Made by a program: the position numbers and the translations under genes. A model generated the notes under the pieces. It had not been told where the DNA came from. It was given only the letters and a program-made list of their open reading frames with translations, and did not search any database. Of a stretch of DNA of 64,000 nucleotides, positions 53,716 to 63,631 are shown one piece after another. Source of the DNA: an uncultured Gammaproteobacteria bacterium (GTDB taxonomy: Bacteria > Pseudomonadota > Gammaproteobacteria > CAWCPV01). Position 1 is the first letter of the stretch. Each line of letters begins with the position of its first letter. The stretch lies in the NCBI GenBank assembly GCA_963797555.1, contig CAWCPV010000016.1, positions 32,001 to 96,000 of the forward strand. Reading direction: 5' to 3'.

Positions 53716-54903
53716 ATGGCCGACACCCTGCTCGTCATCAACGCCGGCTCTTCCAGCATCAAGTTCTCGGTCTACGAGACAGCGGACGGGGGTGGCCTCA
53801 CGGCTGCCTACAAGGGACAGATCGAGGGCATCGGAACGCGGCCGCGCCTGCGCGTGCGCGACCACAGCGGCGTCTCCCTCGTGGACGCCCAGTTCGAGGC
53901 GGCCGAGGTCGCTGATGTGCCGAGCGCCATCGGGCGGGTCGGCGCCTGGCTGCGCGAGCAGTTGGGCGGCAAGCTGCCGGTTGCCGTCGGCCACCGGGTG
54001 GCGCATGGGGGCCCCATTCATGCGGCCCCCGTGGCGGTGGACGAGGAGGTGTTGGCAGTCCTGGAGCGCTTCGTGCCCCTCGCCCCGCTGCACCAACCGA
54101 ACAACCTCCAGCCCATACGGGCGATCCAGCAGGCGTTCCCCGGGCTGCCGCAGGTGGCATGCTTCGATACCGCCTTCCACCGCGGACACCCCGAGGTCGC
54201 GGACCGCTTTGCGATCCCCGACTCGCTTTATCGGGAGGGGGTACGCCGCTACGGTTTCCACGGGCTTTCCTATGAGTACATCGCGCACACGCTGCCGTCC
54301 GTGGCACCGCAGATCGCCGACGGCAAGGTGGTGATCGCGCACCTCGGAAGCGGGGCCAGCATGTGCGCGATCCAGGGGCGGCGCAGCGTCGATACCACGA
54401 TGGGCTTCAGCGCCCTGGACGGGCTGCCGATGGGCACGCGCTGCGGTCAGATCGACCCCGGGGTGCTGCTCTACCTGATGAACGAGAAGGGATACGATGG
54501 CAAGGAGATCGAGCGCCTGCTCTACCACGACTGCGGCTTGAAAGGGCTCTCCGGCATCAGCAACGACGTGCGTGACCTTCTCGCCAGCGCCGACCCGCGG
54601 GCGCGGCTCGCGCTGGACTATTTCGTCTACCGCATCGCTCGCGAGCTGGGCGCCCTCGCGGCCGCCATGAGCGGCATCGACGCTCTGGTGTTGACGGCCG
54701 GCATCAGCGAAAACTCGCCCGAGATGCGGGCCCGCATCTGCGAGGGCGCCGCCTGGCTGGGAGTCCGCCTGGACGAGGCGGCCAACCGGGCCGCAGGCCC
54801 GCGCATCTCCACCGCCGGCTCGCGCGTGTCGGCCTGGGTGATTCCCACCAACGAGGAGCGGATCATCGCCGAGCACACGCTTCGGGTCTGGCGCGGACAG
54901 TAG
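53716..54903 (+). CDS. ackA: Acetate/propionate kinase
   Basis: NAGSSSIK, GHRV.HGG, APLHQP, FDTAFH, RYGFHGLSY, HLGSGAS, IPTNEE. Confidence 0.95.
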   Translation: MADTLLVINAGSSSIKFSVYETADGGGLTAAYKGQIEGIGTRPRLRVRDHSGVSLVDAQFEAAEVADVPSAIGRVGAWLREQLGGKLPVAVGHRVAHGGPIHAAPVAVDEEVLAVLERFVPLAPLHQPNNLQPIRAIQQAFPGLPQVACFDTAFHRGHPEVADRFAIPDSLYREGVRRYGFHGLSYEYIAHTLPSVAPQIADGKVVIAHLGSGASMCAIQGRRSVDTTMGFSALDGLPMGTRCGQIDPGVLLYLMNEKGYDGKEIERLLYHDCGLKGLSGISNDVRDLLASADPRARLALDYFVYRIARELGALAAAMSGIDALVLTAGISENSPEMRARICEGAAWLGVRLDEAANRAAGPRISTAGSRVSAWVIPTNEERIIAEHTLRVWRGQ

Positions 54904-54904
54904 G

Positions 54905-55110
54905 GGCGCTGCAAGATGTCCGGTGTGGGGAGATACGGGGCGGATTCCTGGACGGACCGCTCGGCTTCGACGACCCGGTGTCCGAGGCGGCCGCCGATGT
55001 CAAACGCATCGCATCGCCGGGGGCGGGGCACGCGGACATTCTGCTGGCCCCGGGAAGCGGGTAACATGCTCGTCCAGCCACTGGAGCTTCTGGCCGACGC
55101 GCGCCGCGCC
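54905..55110 (+). pseudogene. Degenerate second pta fragment
   Basis: Reads FLDGPLGFDDPVS.AAA.VK.I.SP.AG.ADILL.P / EAGNML, matching pta ILDGPLAFDNAIS.EAA.IK.I.SPVAG.ADILL.P..EAGNML. Confidence 0.75.
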
Positions 55111-55178
55111 CACCCACTGTCCCGGCGTTCGGACAGGACGCCGGCGGGGAGCACCAAGCGGGAGGAGTATCCGTATCC

Positions 55179-55946
55179 ATGACCTGCGACCTGAAAGGCA
55201 AGAAGGGGTTGATCGCCGGCATCGCCAATGCCGAGAGCATCGCTTTCGGCTGCGCGCGGGCGTGTCACGCGGCCGGGGCGGAGCTGCTCGTGGCCTACGG
55301 TCATCCCAAGGCCGAGCCCCACGTGCAGCCCTTGCTGGCGGAGATCGGCAATCCGCCGGCCGTGCTCTGTGATGTGACCGACGAGGGGCAGATGCAAGCC
55401 TTGTTCGAGCAGGCGCGGCAGCGGTGGGGCAAGCTCGATTTCCTGGTCCACTGCATCGCTTTTGCGCCGAAACAGGACTTGCACGGCCGCCTCATCGACT
55501 GCTCCAGTGCCGGCTTCCACACCGCGATGGAGGTCTCTTGCTTCTCCTTCATCCGCATGGCCAAGCTCGCGGAGCCCCTGATGCGGGACGGCGGCTGCCT
55601 CATGACCATGAGCTACTATGGCGCGGAGAAGGTGGTGGCGCGCTACAACGTGATGGGACCGGTCAAGGCGGCCCTGGAAAGCGTGGTGCGCTATCTCGCC
55701 GCCGAGCTTGGCCCGCAGGGCATCCGGGTGCACGCGCTGTCGCCCGGGCCGCTGCGCACCCGTGCCGCTTCCGGCATAGCCGAGTTCGACAAGCTGCTGG
55801 AGCAGGCCGCGCAGCGCTCCCCGCAGAGGCGCCTGGTGTCGACCGACGATGTCGGGGAGACGGTCGCGTTCCTGGCAAGCGATACGGCCTCCGCGCTGAC
55901 CGGGCTCACGCTCCACGTGGATGCCGGATACCACATCATGGGTTGA
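55179..55946 (+). CDS. fabI: Enoyl-ACP reductase
   Basis: GIAN..SIA.G.A, H.IAFAP, YNVMG.VKAALE, SPGP..TRAASGI. Confidence 0.92.
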   Translation: MTCDLKGKKGLIAGIANAESIAFGCARACHAAGAELLVAYGHPKAEPHVQPLLAEIGNPPAVLCDVTDEGQMQALFEQARQRWGKLDFLVHCIAFAPKQDLHGRLIDCSSAGFHTAMEVSCFSFIRMAKLAEPLMRDGGCLMTMSYYGAEKVVARYNVMGPVKAALESVVRYLAAELGPQGIRVHALSPGPLRTRAASGIAEFDKLLEQAAQRSPQRRLVSTDDVGETVAFLASDTASALTGLTLHVDAGYHIMG

Positions 55947-56075
55947 TGCCCTACCGGGGTCAGCGCGGGTGGGACGGATTCGGTCAGAACCGTCGGCTCT
56001 TGCTTGGCAGCCGCCCGCTGGGCGCCGGCAGTGAAAGTGGGCCCGGCCGTGGCGGCCGTGCGCGCCGGTTCAGAG

Positions 56076-56223
56076 CATGCCATTACACACGTCTCGTCAT
56101 TCCGCCAGGGAATGGCGGAATCCAGGACACAGGGACGTGTTCGGAACAGCCATCCATGGCACTGGATTCCGGCAATCCATGCCGGAATGACGGCGACACT
56201 CCAGTGTTGTGTGTAATGACATG
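56076..56223. repeat. Nested palindromic element (REP/RPE-like core within MITE-like terminal inverted repeats)
   Basis: Outer IR CATGCCATTACACAC / GTGTGTAATGACATG; inner CGTCATTCCG...GGAATCCAG...CTGGATTCC...CGGAATGACG. Confidence 0.75.
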
Positions 56224-56268
56224 GGTTCATAGGCCTGACTCAAGTACAGCCGATGGGAGTAAAAGCTT

Positions 56269-57597
56269 ATGCTCGAACAGTTTGTCCGTTACACACGTGT
56301 TCAGGACATCGTGGGCGATGTCATCCGTCTGTACGCCAAGGGGGTGGCGCTCGGCGACCTGGCCGAGGTGGACAGCAGGGACGGGACCACCTCGCTCGCC
56401 AAGGTGATCGACCTCGAACGCGGCGTCGTGAGCCTGCAGATCTTCGCCGGCGGCAAGGGTCTGTCCACGGACGCGGAGGTGCGCTTTCTAGGGCATCCAC
56501 TGGACGTGATCTACTCGGCGAACATTCTCGGGCGGATCTTCCGCGGCTCCGGAGAGTCCATTGACGGCGGACCCGATCTCAGCGCCGAGCCCCGAATCCC
56601 CGTCGGCGGCCCCACCGTGAACCCGGTCATGCGGGTGATGCCCTCGAAGATGATCGAGACCCGCGTACCCATGATCGACCTGTTCAACTGCCTGGTGGAG
56701 AGCCAGAAGATCCCGATCTTCTCGGTCGCCGGCGAGCCCTACAACGAGCTGCTCGCGCGCATCGGGTTTCAGGCCAACGCCGATGTCGTGGTGTTCGCGG
56801 GCATGGGGCTCATCTTCGACGACTACCACTTCTTCAGGACCGCCTTCGAGGAGCATGGGGTGTTCCATCGCACGGTGATGTTCGTCAACCAGGCATCCGA
56901 CCCCATCGTCGAGCGCCTGCTGGTGCCCGACATGGCGCTTGCGGTGGCCGAGCGCTTCGCGGTGGAGGAAGGCAAGCGGGTACTGGTGCTGCTCACGGAT
57001 ATGACTGCCTATGCCGACGCCATGAAGGAGATCGGCATTGCCCAAGAGCGTATCCCCGCTGTGCGCGGCTACCTCGGAGACCTCTACACGCAGCTCGCGC
57101 AGCGCTATGAGAAGGCTTGTGACTTCAAGGGGGCCGGCTCGGTGACCATCCTCTCGGCAACGACCATGCCGGGTAACGACGTAACGCACCCGGTGCCGGA
57201 CAACACCGGCTACATCACCGAGGGGCAGTTCTATCTGCACGACGGCGTCATCGACCCGTTCGGATCGCTGTCGCGGCTCAAGCAGCACGTGGTCGGCAAG
57301 GCCACCCGCGAGGATCACAGCCAGATCATGAACGCCATGATCCGCCTTTATTCGCAAGCCATCGAGGCGGAGAAGAAGCAAGCCATGGCCTTCGAGCTCT
57401 CACCCTTCGACGAGAAGCTGCTCAAGTTCGGGCGGCTGTTCAGGGAACGGTTCATGGACATCCGAGTCTCCCTGCCCGTCATCGAGGCCCTCGACCTCTG
57501 TTGGCAAACCCTCGCCGAGTGTTTCGAGCCCCAGGAGCTACTCATGAAGCAGGCCCTCGTCGACAAGTATTTCCCGCACCGCACAGCGGCCCATTGA
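56269..57597 (+). CDS. V/A-type ATP synthase subunit B
   Basis: SQKIPIFS, LVLLTDMTAYADA, TTMPGNDVTHPVPDNTGYITEGQ. Confidence 0.95.
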   Translation: MLEQFVRYTRVQDIVGDVIRLYAKGVALGDLAEVDSRDGTTSLAKVIDLERGVVSLQIFAGGKGLSTDAEVRFLGHPLDVIYSANILGRIFRGSGESIDGGPDLSAEPRIPVGGPTVNPVMRVMPSKMIETRVPMIDLFNCLVESQKIPIFSVAGEPYNELLARIGFQANADVVVFAGMGLIFDDYHFFRTAFEEHGVFHRTVMFVNQASDPIVERLLVPDMALAVAERFAVEEGKRVLVLLTDMTAYADAMKEIGIAQERIPAVRGYLGDLYTQLAQRYEKACDFKGAGSVTILSATTMPGNDVTHPVPDNTGYITEGQFYLHDGVIDPFGSLSRLKQHVVGKATREDHSQIMNAMIRLYSQAIEAEKKQAMAFELSPFDEKLLKFGRLFRERFMDIRVSLPVIEALDLCWQTLAECFEPQELLMKQALVDKYFPHRTAAH

Positions 57598-57621
57598 GAA
57601 GCCAACACCGGCGCTCCCTTC

Positions 57622-58243
57622 ATGGCCAAGCTCAAGCTCAGCAAGCACTCGCTCCAGCAGCAGCGAGAGCAGCTCAAACTCTACCAGAAGCTGCTGCCCT
57701 CTCTCGATCTCAAGCGCCGTCAGCTCACCATAGAGGCGCAGAAGGCCGGGGTCGAGTTCCAGGCCGCCGATGCGGCCGCAGCCGCAGTGGCGCAGAAGAT
57801 CGGCGCCGAGATCCCCATGCTCGCTGGGGATCGAGGGTCCTTGAGCGGACTCGTTCGCATCACCGGGCGCAGGCTGGTCGAGCAGAACGTGGTCGGGGTG
57901 AAGCTGCCGGCACTCGACAGCCTGGAGATCGAGGTCGCCGACTACCCTCGGCTCGCCACGCCCGCCTGGGTGGACGTGCTGGTCGAACGCCTGCGGGAAG
58001 CGGCCACGCTCCGCATCCGTGCGGAGGTAGCCGGCGAGCGGGTCAGGATCCTGGAGCCGGGCGGTGCGGCGCGTGACCCAGCGCGTCAACCTGTTCGAGA
58101 GGATCCTCATCCCGAATGCCAAGCGCAACATTCAGCGCATCCAGATCTTTCTCGGTGACCTCGAGCGCGCAGCCGTGGTCACCTCGAAGCTCGCCAAGGC
58201 CAAGCAGCAAGGCGGGCGTGCGAGCACGGAGGGCCTGCCATGA
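57622..58243 (+). CDS. V/A-type ATP synthase subunit D, frameshift near 58058
   Basis: LP.LDLKRRQL, N..GV.LP; second frame TQRVNLFE..LIP.....I..I...LGD.ER. Confidence 0.9.
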
Positions 58244-60013
58244 GCATCGTCGCACTGAGCCGTGTCACCCTGGTCGGACACCTCGCCGACAAGGAGACGG
58301 TGCTGGCGGACCTGCAGGCCATGGGGTGCCTCGAGCTGATACCGCTCACCGCACCCGGCGAGGCCGCCTCCGATGCGAGCACTCGCCCCGGCGCGCGCCA
58401 GGCGCTCAAGTTCTTGCTCGCCTATCCGCAGCGGCGCCGTCAAGCGACGGATGCGAGCCGCTTCGATGCGGAGGCGGTGGAACGCCAGGCGCTAGAGCTG
58501 GAGCAACGCCTGCACGCGCTGGAGGAGGAGCATGACTTCCTGGTGCAGCGCCTCGACTCCCTGCGTCCCTGGGGGGCGTTCGATCTTCCGCCGCTCGAGG
58601 CCATGGGGGGCCAGCGTCTCTGGTTCTACGTCAGTGCCGCACAAGGACATGAAGCAGGTCGAGGCTACGGGCCTCAACTGGGAGGCGGTGGGCCGCGATA
58701 ACCGCTTTGCCTACGTCGTGGTGGTCTCGCCAGAGGAGCCGGCCGCCATGCCGGTCCGGCGCGCGCACCTGGGTGCCAAGCCACGGCGTGAGCTGGAGCA
58801 GCGGCTGGAGGAGGCGGAGCTCGCCATCGAGGATGCCCAGGCCGAGCGTGCCTGGCTCACACGATGGTGTCTGCTGCTCGCACGCAGCCTCCACTGGCTG
58901 GAGGATAAGGCGGCACGGGCAAATGCTTTGCGTCAGACCTACGACAGCGATCCCGTGTTCGCCCTGCAAGGCTGGGCACCCAAGGATCGACTGGATGAGC
59001 TTGGCGTCTATGCACACCAGCACGGGCTCCTCCTGGAGGCGGCCGATCCGGCGCCCGGCGAGACCCCGCCCACACTGCTGCGCAATCCCCCTCAGATCAC
59101 TGCGGGCGAGGACCTCGTCAACTTCTACATGACGCCCGGCTATCGGACCTGGGACCCGTCCAGCGTGGTCTTTCTCTCGTTCACGCTGTTCTTCGCGATG
59201 ATCCTCGCAGATGCGGGATACGCAGCGCTCCTGGGCCTACTGCTGGTCTATCTGTGGTCCCGCATGGGCGGCTCCGATACGGGACGGCGCTTTCGCTCGC
59301 TGGGGCTCGCCCTGGTGCTCGCCGCGCTCGTCTATGGCGTCGCCGTGGGGAGCTACTTCGGCCTGGAGCCCCCTCCCCAATCGCTGCTCGGGCATCTCCA
59401 CCTGCTCCACATGACCAACACCGGCACCATGATGGCGATCTCCGTCGTGATCGGCGCCGGTCACGTGGTGCTCGGCAACCTGATGAACGCCTGGCGCTAT
59501 GGGCGACACCCGCAGGCACTCGCTCCGGTCGGGTGGGCCTGCCTGGTCGGCGGCGGGCTGCTGCTCGTGGCGGGCGTCTCGCTCAAGACGACGTGGCTTG
59601 GCGAGATCGGCAAAGGGCTCATGGTGCTGGGAGTGGCGCTCGTGGTGCTGTTCGCCGGGGTCGGGTTGCCACCGCTCAAGCGGCTGGCCCACGGGCTCCT
59701 CGACCTGCATAGAGTCACCGGCGCGTTCGGCGACGTGCTGAGCTACCTGCGGCTCTTCGCCCTGGGGCTCGCCAGCGTCTCGGTTGCGGAGGGCTTCAAC
59801 GACATGGCCATGCAGGCCAAGGCCGGCCTGCCCGGGCTGGGGCTGTTGCTCGCCCTGCTGATCCTGCTCGTCGGCCATACGCTCAACCTGCTCATCGGCG
59901 TCTCGGGCGGTGTCATCCACGGCATGCGCCTCAACGTCATCGAGTTCTTCAACTGGGGCCTCAAGGAGGAGGGCCGGTTGTTCAAGCCTTTCAAACGTTC
60001 GGAGGATACCTGA
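58240..60013 (+). CDS. V/A-type ATP synthase subunit I (a), frameshift near 58633
   Basis: PPTLL.NP, Y.TPGY..WDPS, FFAMIL.DAGY, DVLSYLRLFALGLA, HG.RLN.IEFF. Confidence 0.92.
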
Positions 60014-60471
60014 TGGAACCGTTGATTCTGACACTGGGCTGGGTCGGCATCTTTGCGCCGCTCGCTCTCGGTGCAATCGGCAGCATGGTGGGCTGCTCGC
60101 GCGCTGGCATGGCGGCCGCCGGTGCCATGCTCGATGTGGAAAGCGGTTACGGCCGCTTCGTCGCCGTTGCGGCGATGCCCTCGACGCAGACCATCCTCGG
60201 CATCGTTGTCATGATGACCCTGAACCGGCCGGTCACGGCGGTGAACGCCCCCGCCCTGTTCGGCATCGGGTTGCTCGTGGGACTCGCCTTCATGGTGGGC
60301 TCCTTCGCCCAAGGCAGCGCGTGTGCGGCAGCGATCAACGCCTCGAAGAGCAAGCCCGAGGTGTTCGGGATCTCGCTGGCGCCGCCGGCACTGGTCGAGG
60401 GATTCGCGGTGTTCGCGTTCGTGTTCGCCCTGGTGCTGGCAGGCAGCATCCCGGGCGGTACCGTGAAATAG
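60013..60471 (+). CDS. V/A-type ATP synthase subunit K (c), four-TM proteolipid
   Basis: GAIGS..G, AMPSTQ, AQG, LVEGFAVFAFVF. Confidence 0.93.
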   Translation: MEPLILTLGWVGIFAPLALGAIGSMVGCSRAGMAAAGAMLDVESGYGRFVAVAAMPSTQTILGIVVMMTLNRPVTAVNAPALFGIGLLVGLAFMVGSFAQGSACAAAINASKSKPEVFGISLAPPALVEGFAVFAFVFALVLAGSIPGGTVK

Positions 60472-60489
60472 GCTCCATCGGAGGCAGCC

Positions 60490-61149
60490 ATGGCAGAAGC
60501 AACCACGACATCACCGGGTCTGCAGGCGCTGATCGACCGAATCCGCGATGACGCCGTGAAATCCGGTCGGGAGGAAGCCGAGCGCATTCTGGCCGAGGCG
60601 CGTGCCGAAGCGGCCAGGATTCTGGCTGAAGCGAAGGCCGAAGCAGAGTCGACCCGCGACAAGGCACGGGCCGAGATCGAGGCCCATCGTGTCGCCTCCC
60701 TCGAGGCCCTCAAGCTCGCTGCACGCGACACGGTGCTCAGCCTGAAATCGAATGTGACGGCGGCGTTCGAGACCTTCGTGAAGCGCCTGGTCACGTCGGC
60801 GACCCGCGATGAGGAGCTGATCCGGGCGGTGGTGCTGGTGCTCGCCGGACATGCCGTCGAGGAGTTCATCCAGGACAAGGAGATCCAGATCCTGGTCTCC
60901 GACGTGATCCTCGGCGGGCAGGCGGACGAGCGGCTGCGGGAGCGCGGCAAGCAGGCCATCCTGGAGATCTCGAGCGACATGCTGCGGGAGGGGGTGGAGC
61001 TGATCCCCTCGAGCGACATCCAGGGCGGTGCGCGGGTGCGGCTGGTCAAGGACAGACTCGACATCGATCTCACCGATGAGGCCGTCGCGCGCATGCTGTA
61101 CGAGCGCACACTGCCGCGGTTTCGCGCCATCCTGGAGGGTGCGGAGTAG
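60490..61149 (+). CDS. V/A-type ATP synthase subunit E
   Basis: LQALID.I....V..G..EA..I..EA coiled coil; operon context. Confidence 0.85.
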   Translation: MAEATTTSPGLQALIDRIRDDAVKSGREEAERILAEARAEAARILAEAKAEAESTRDKARAEIEAHRVASLEALKLAARDTVLSLKSNVTAAFETFVKRLVTSATRDEELIRAVVLVLAGHAVEEFIQDKEIQILVSDVILGGQADERLRERGKQAILEISSDMLREGVELIPSSDIQGGARVRLVKDRLDIDLTDEAVARMLYERTLPRFRAILEGAE

Positions 61150-61155
61150 GCATCC

Positions 61156-61821
61156 ATGGGAGCGTACTACACGCTGGTGACGAGCCTGCCGCTCATGCCG
61201 CATTTCGCGCGCGCGGAGCGCATTCCCATCACCCGTCTACGCCTGGAGCAGCGCCTGCGCATGCTGGAGCCCGAGGCGGCGGAGCAACTCGCACGGGTGG
61301 AGCCACTGTTCGCCTGGGGGCCGCCCCAGCTCATGGCGCGCACCGACCGCGAGGTGGCGGAGCAGTACCGCGCGGCCCTCGCGCTGGCGCTCCGCCCCGC
61401 GCTGCGCGCGCTGTTGGAGTTTCGGGTGGACCAGCTCACGCTGCTGGCTGCCCTGCGGCGCCGCCGCTCAGGACTGCGGCCGGGGGGCGCAACGGCCTGG
61501 GGGGCGGGGCGCTGGGTGCGCTGGATCGAGGCCCATTGGGACGACCCGGACTTCCGGCTCGCCGGCCAGTATCCCTGGCTTCCCGAGGCGCGCGGCTTGC
61601 TCGAGGCGCGCGATGCGGTGGGGCTGGAGCGAGTGGTGATGGACGCGGCATGGCAGCGGGCGACCCGCATCGCCGGGCAGGATCAGTTCGGTTTCGAGGC
61701 GGTAGCCGCCTATGTGTTCAAGTGGGACATCGTGGCCAGTTGGGTTGCGCGCGACGCCGACGCGGCCGGGGCACGTTTCCAGGACCTAATCGTCGAGGTC
61801 AGCCATGGCAAACAGAACTGA
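61156..61821 (+). CDS. DUF2764 / V-ATPase subunit C-like protein
   Basis: YY.L.TSLP at the N-terminus, F.FEAV.AY..K..I...W at the C-terminus; lies between E and A. Confidence 0.8.
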   Translation: MGAYYTLVTSLPLMPHFARAERIPITRLRLEQRLRMLEPEAAEQLARVEPLFAWGPPQLMARTDREVAEQYRAALALALRPALRALLEFRVDQLTLLAALRRRRSGLRPGGATAWGAGRWVRWIEAHWDDPDFRLAGQYPWLPEARGLLEARDAVGLERVVMDAAWQRATRIAGQDQFGFEAVAAYVFKWDIVASWVARDADAAGARFQDLIVEVSHGKQN

Positions 61822-63631
61822 GTCACATACAGCCAAGACCGCCACCGTGGTCGGGGTGCGCGAGAGCCTCGTCGTCGTCGAGGTGGATGAGCAGACGCCC
61901 ATCACGAAGAACGAGGTGGGCTACGTCCGCGTCGGCGAGGAGCGCCTCAAGGCCGAAGTCCTTCGCATCCAGGGGCGTACCGCAGATATGCAGGTGTTCG
62001 AAGATACGCGCGGGGTGAAGGTCGGCGACACCGTCGAGCTCACCGGGGAGATGCTCTCGGTAGTGCTCGGACCCGGGCTGCTCGGGCAGGTCTTCGACGG
62101 ACTGCAGAGTCCGCTGCACGTGCTCGCCAAGCGCCACGGCTTCTTCTTGCCACGCGGGGTGGCTGTTCCCGCGCTGGACTTGGAAAAAAAGTGGACCTTT
62201 ACCCCGAGCGTCGCAGTCCATGACCGCCTGCCACCCGGCGGGGTGCTGGGCAGCGTGCGCGAGGGACCCTTCCTGCACAAGATCATGGTGCCGTTCAACG
62301 AGCCCCGCCCGGTGGAGGTGACCTGGATCCGCGAAGGCAGCTTCACCCTCGAAGAGCCCGTGGCGCGCGTCCAAGGTGCGGAGGGTTCCGAGCGCTCCCT
62401 CACCATGACGCAGCGTTGGCCGGTGCGCCGGTCCATTCCGGAAGGTATGCTGCGCCGCCGTTTCGTCGAACGGCTCTATCCGAGTGAACCGCTCACCACG
62501 GCCACCCGCATCATCGATACCTTCTTCCCGATTGCGCGCGGCGGCACCGGCTGCATCCCGGGGCCCTTCGGCGCGGGCAAGACGGTGCTCCAGAGCACCA
62601 TCGCCCGTTACTCCACGGTGGATATCGTGATCATCGTGGCGTGCGGCGAACGTGCGGGCGAGGTGGTGGAAACCATCACGCTGTACCCCGAGACCCAGGA
62701 CCCGCGCACCGGCGGGACCCTGATGGACCGGACCATCATCATTTGCAATACGTCTTCGATGCCGGTGGCGGCGCGGGAGGCGTCCATCTATACCGGCGTC
62801 ACTCTGGGCGAATATTACCGGCAGATGGGCTACCATGTGCTTCTGATCGCCGACTCCACCTCGCGCTGGGCACAGGCCATGCGCGAGACCTCGGGGCGCA
62901 TGGAGGAGATTCCGGGAGAGGAAGCCTTCCCGGCCTATCTCGACTCGTCTATCAAGAGCCTCTACGAGCGGGCAGGCGTCATCCGCTGCCCCGACGGCGC
63001 CGTGGGCACCCTCACGATGATCGGCACGGTATCGCCGGCCGGCGGCAACTTCGAGGAGCCGGTGACACAGTCGACCCTCGGCAGCGTCAAGACCTTCCTC
63101 GGGCTCTCCTACGACCGCGCCTACAAGCGCTTTTACCCCGCCATCGACCCCCTGATCTCGTGGTCCCGCTACCTCGACCAGCTCGATCCCTGGTTCCGCG
63201 CCCAGCTCGATCCCGACTGGACACGTGACGTGAAGCGCTTCCACGAGCTGCTCAGCCGGGGCGACGCCATCCACCAGATGATGCAGGTCACGGGGGAAGA
63301 GGGAATCAGCCTCGAGGATTTCGTCACCTGGCAGAAGTCCCTGCTGCTGGACCTGGTATACCTGCAACAGGATGCTTTCGACGAGGTGGATGCTGCGGTG
63401 CCGCGCGAGCGGCAGCTCGAGAGCTTCCGGCTACTCAAGCGCGTGATCGAACGCGACTATCCGTTCAAGGACAAGGACGAAGCGCGGGCATTCTTCACTC
63501 GCCTCACCGCTCTTTACAGGAACTGGAATTACGCCCCGCCCGCCTCCCCCGACTATCAGCGCTACTGGCAGCAAATCGAGGCGCTGGCCGCAGGCTCCCC
63601 GGGGACCGAAAGCTTGGAGGCCGCTGCTTAG
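61805..63631 (+). CDS. V/A-type ATP synthase subunit A
   Basis: GPFGAGKT P-loop, [38 protein letters not shown]. Confidence 0.96.
   Translation: MANRTESHTAKTATVVGVRESLVVVEVDEQTPITKNEVGYVRVGEERLKAEVLRIQGRTADMQVFEDTRGVKVGDTVELTGEMLSVVLGPGLLGQVFDGLQSPLHVLAKRHGFFLPRGVAVPALDLEKKWTFTPSVAVHDRLPPGGVLGSVREGPFLHKIMVPFNEPRPVEVTWIREGSFTLEEPVARVQGAEGSERSLTMTQRWPVRRSIPEGMLRRRFVERLYPSEPLTTATRIIDTFFPIARGGTGCIPGPFGAGKTVLQSTIARYSTVDIVIIVACGERAGEVVETITLYPETQDPRTGGTLMDRTIIICNTSSMPVAAREASIYTGVTLGEYYRQMGYHVLLIADSTSRWAQAMRETSGRMEEIPGEEAFPAYLDSSIKSLYERAGVIRCPDGAVGTLTMIGTVSPAGGNFEEPVTQSTLGSVKTFLGLSYDRAYKRFYPAIDPLISWSRYLDQLDPWFRAQLDPDWTRDVKRFHELLSRGDAIHQMMQVTGEEGISLEDFVTWQKSLLLDLVYLQQDAFDEVDAAVPRERQLESFRLLKRVIERDYPFKDKDEARAFFTRLTALYRNWNYAPPASPDYQRYWQQIEALAAGSPGTESLEAAA

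Noticed and set aside
3774-63367. Many long antisense or alternate-frame ORFs (e.g. 3774-5264, 11247-12578, 14928-16520, 24839-26452, 50427-52751, 61823-63367)
   Set aside because: Shadow ORFs of GC-rich genes; they overlap well-supported CDSs and have no motifs.
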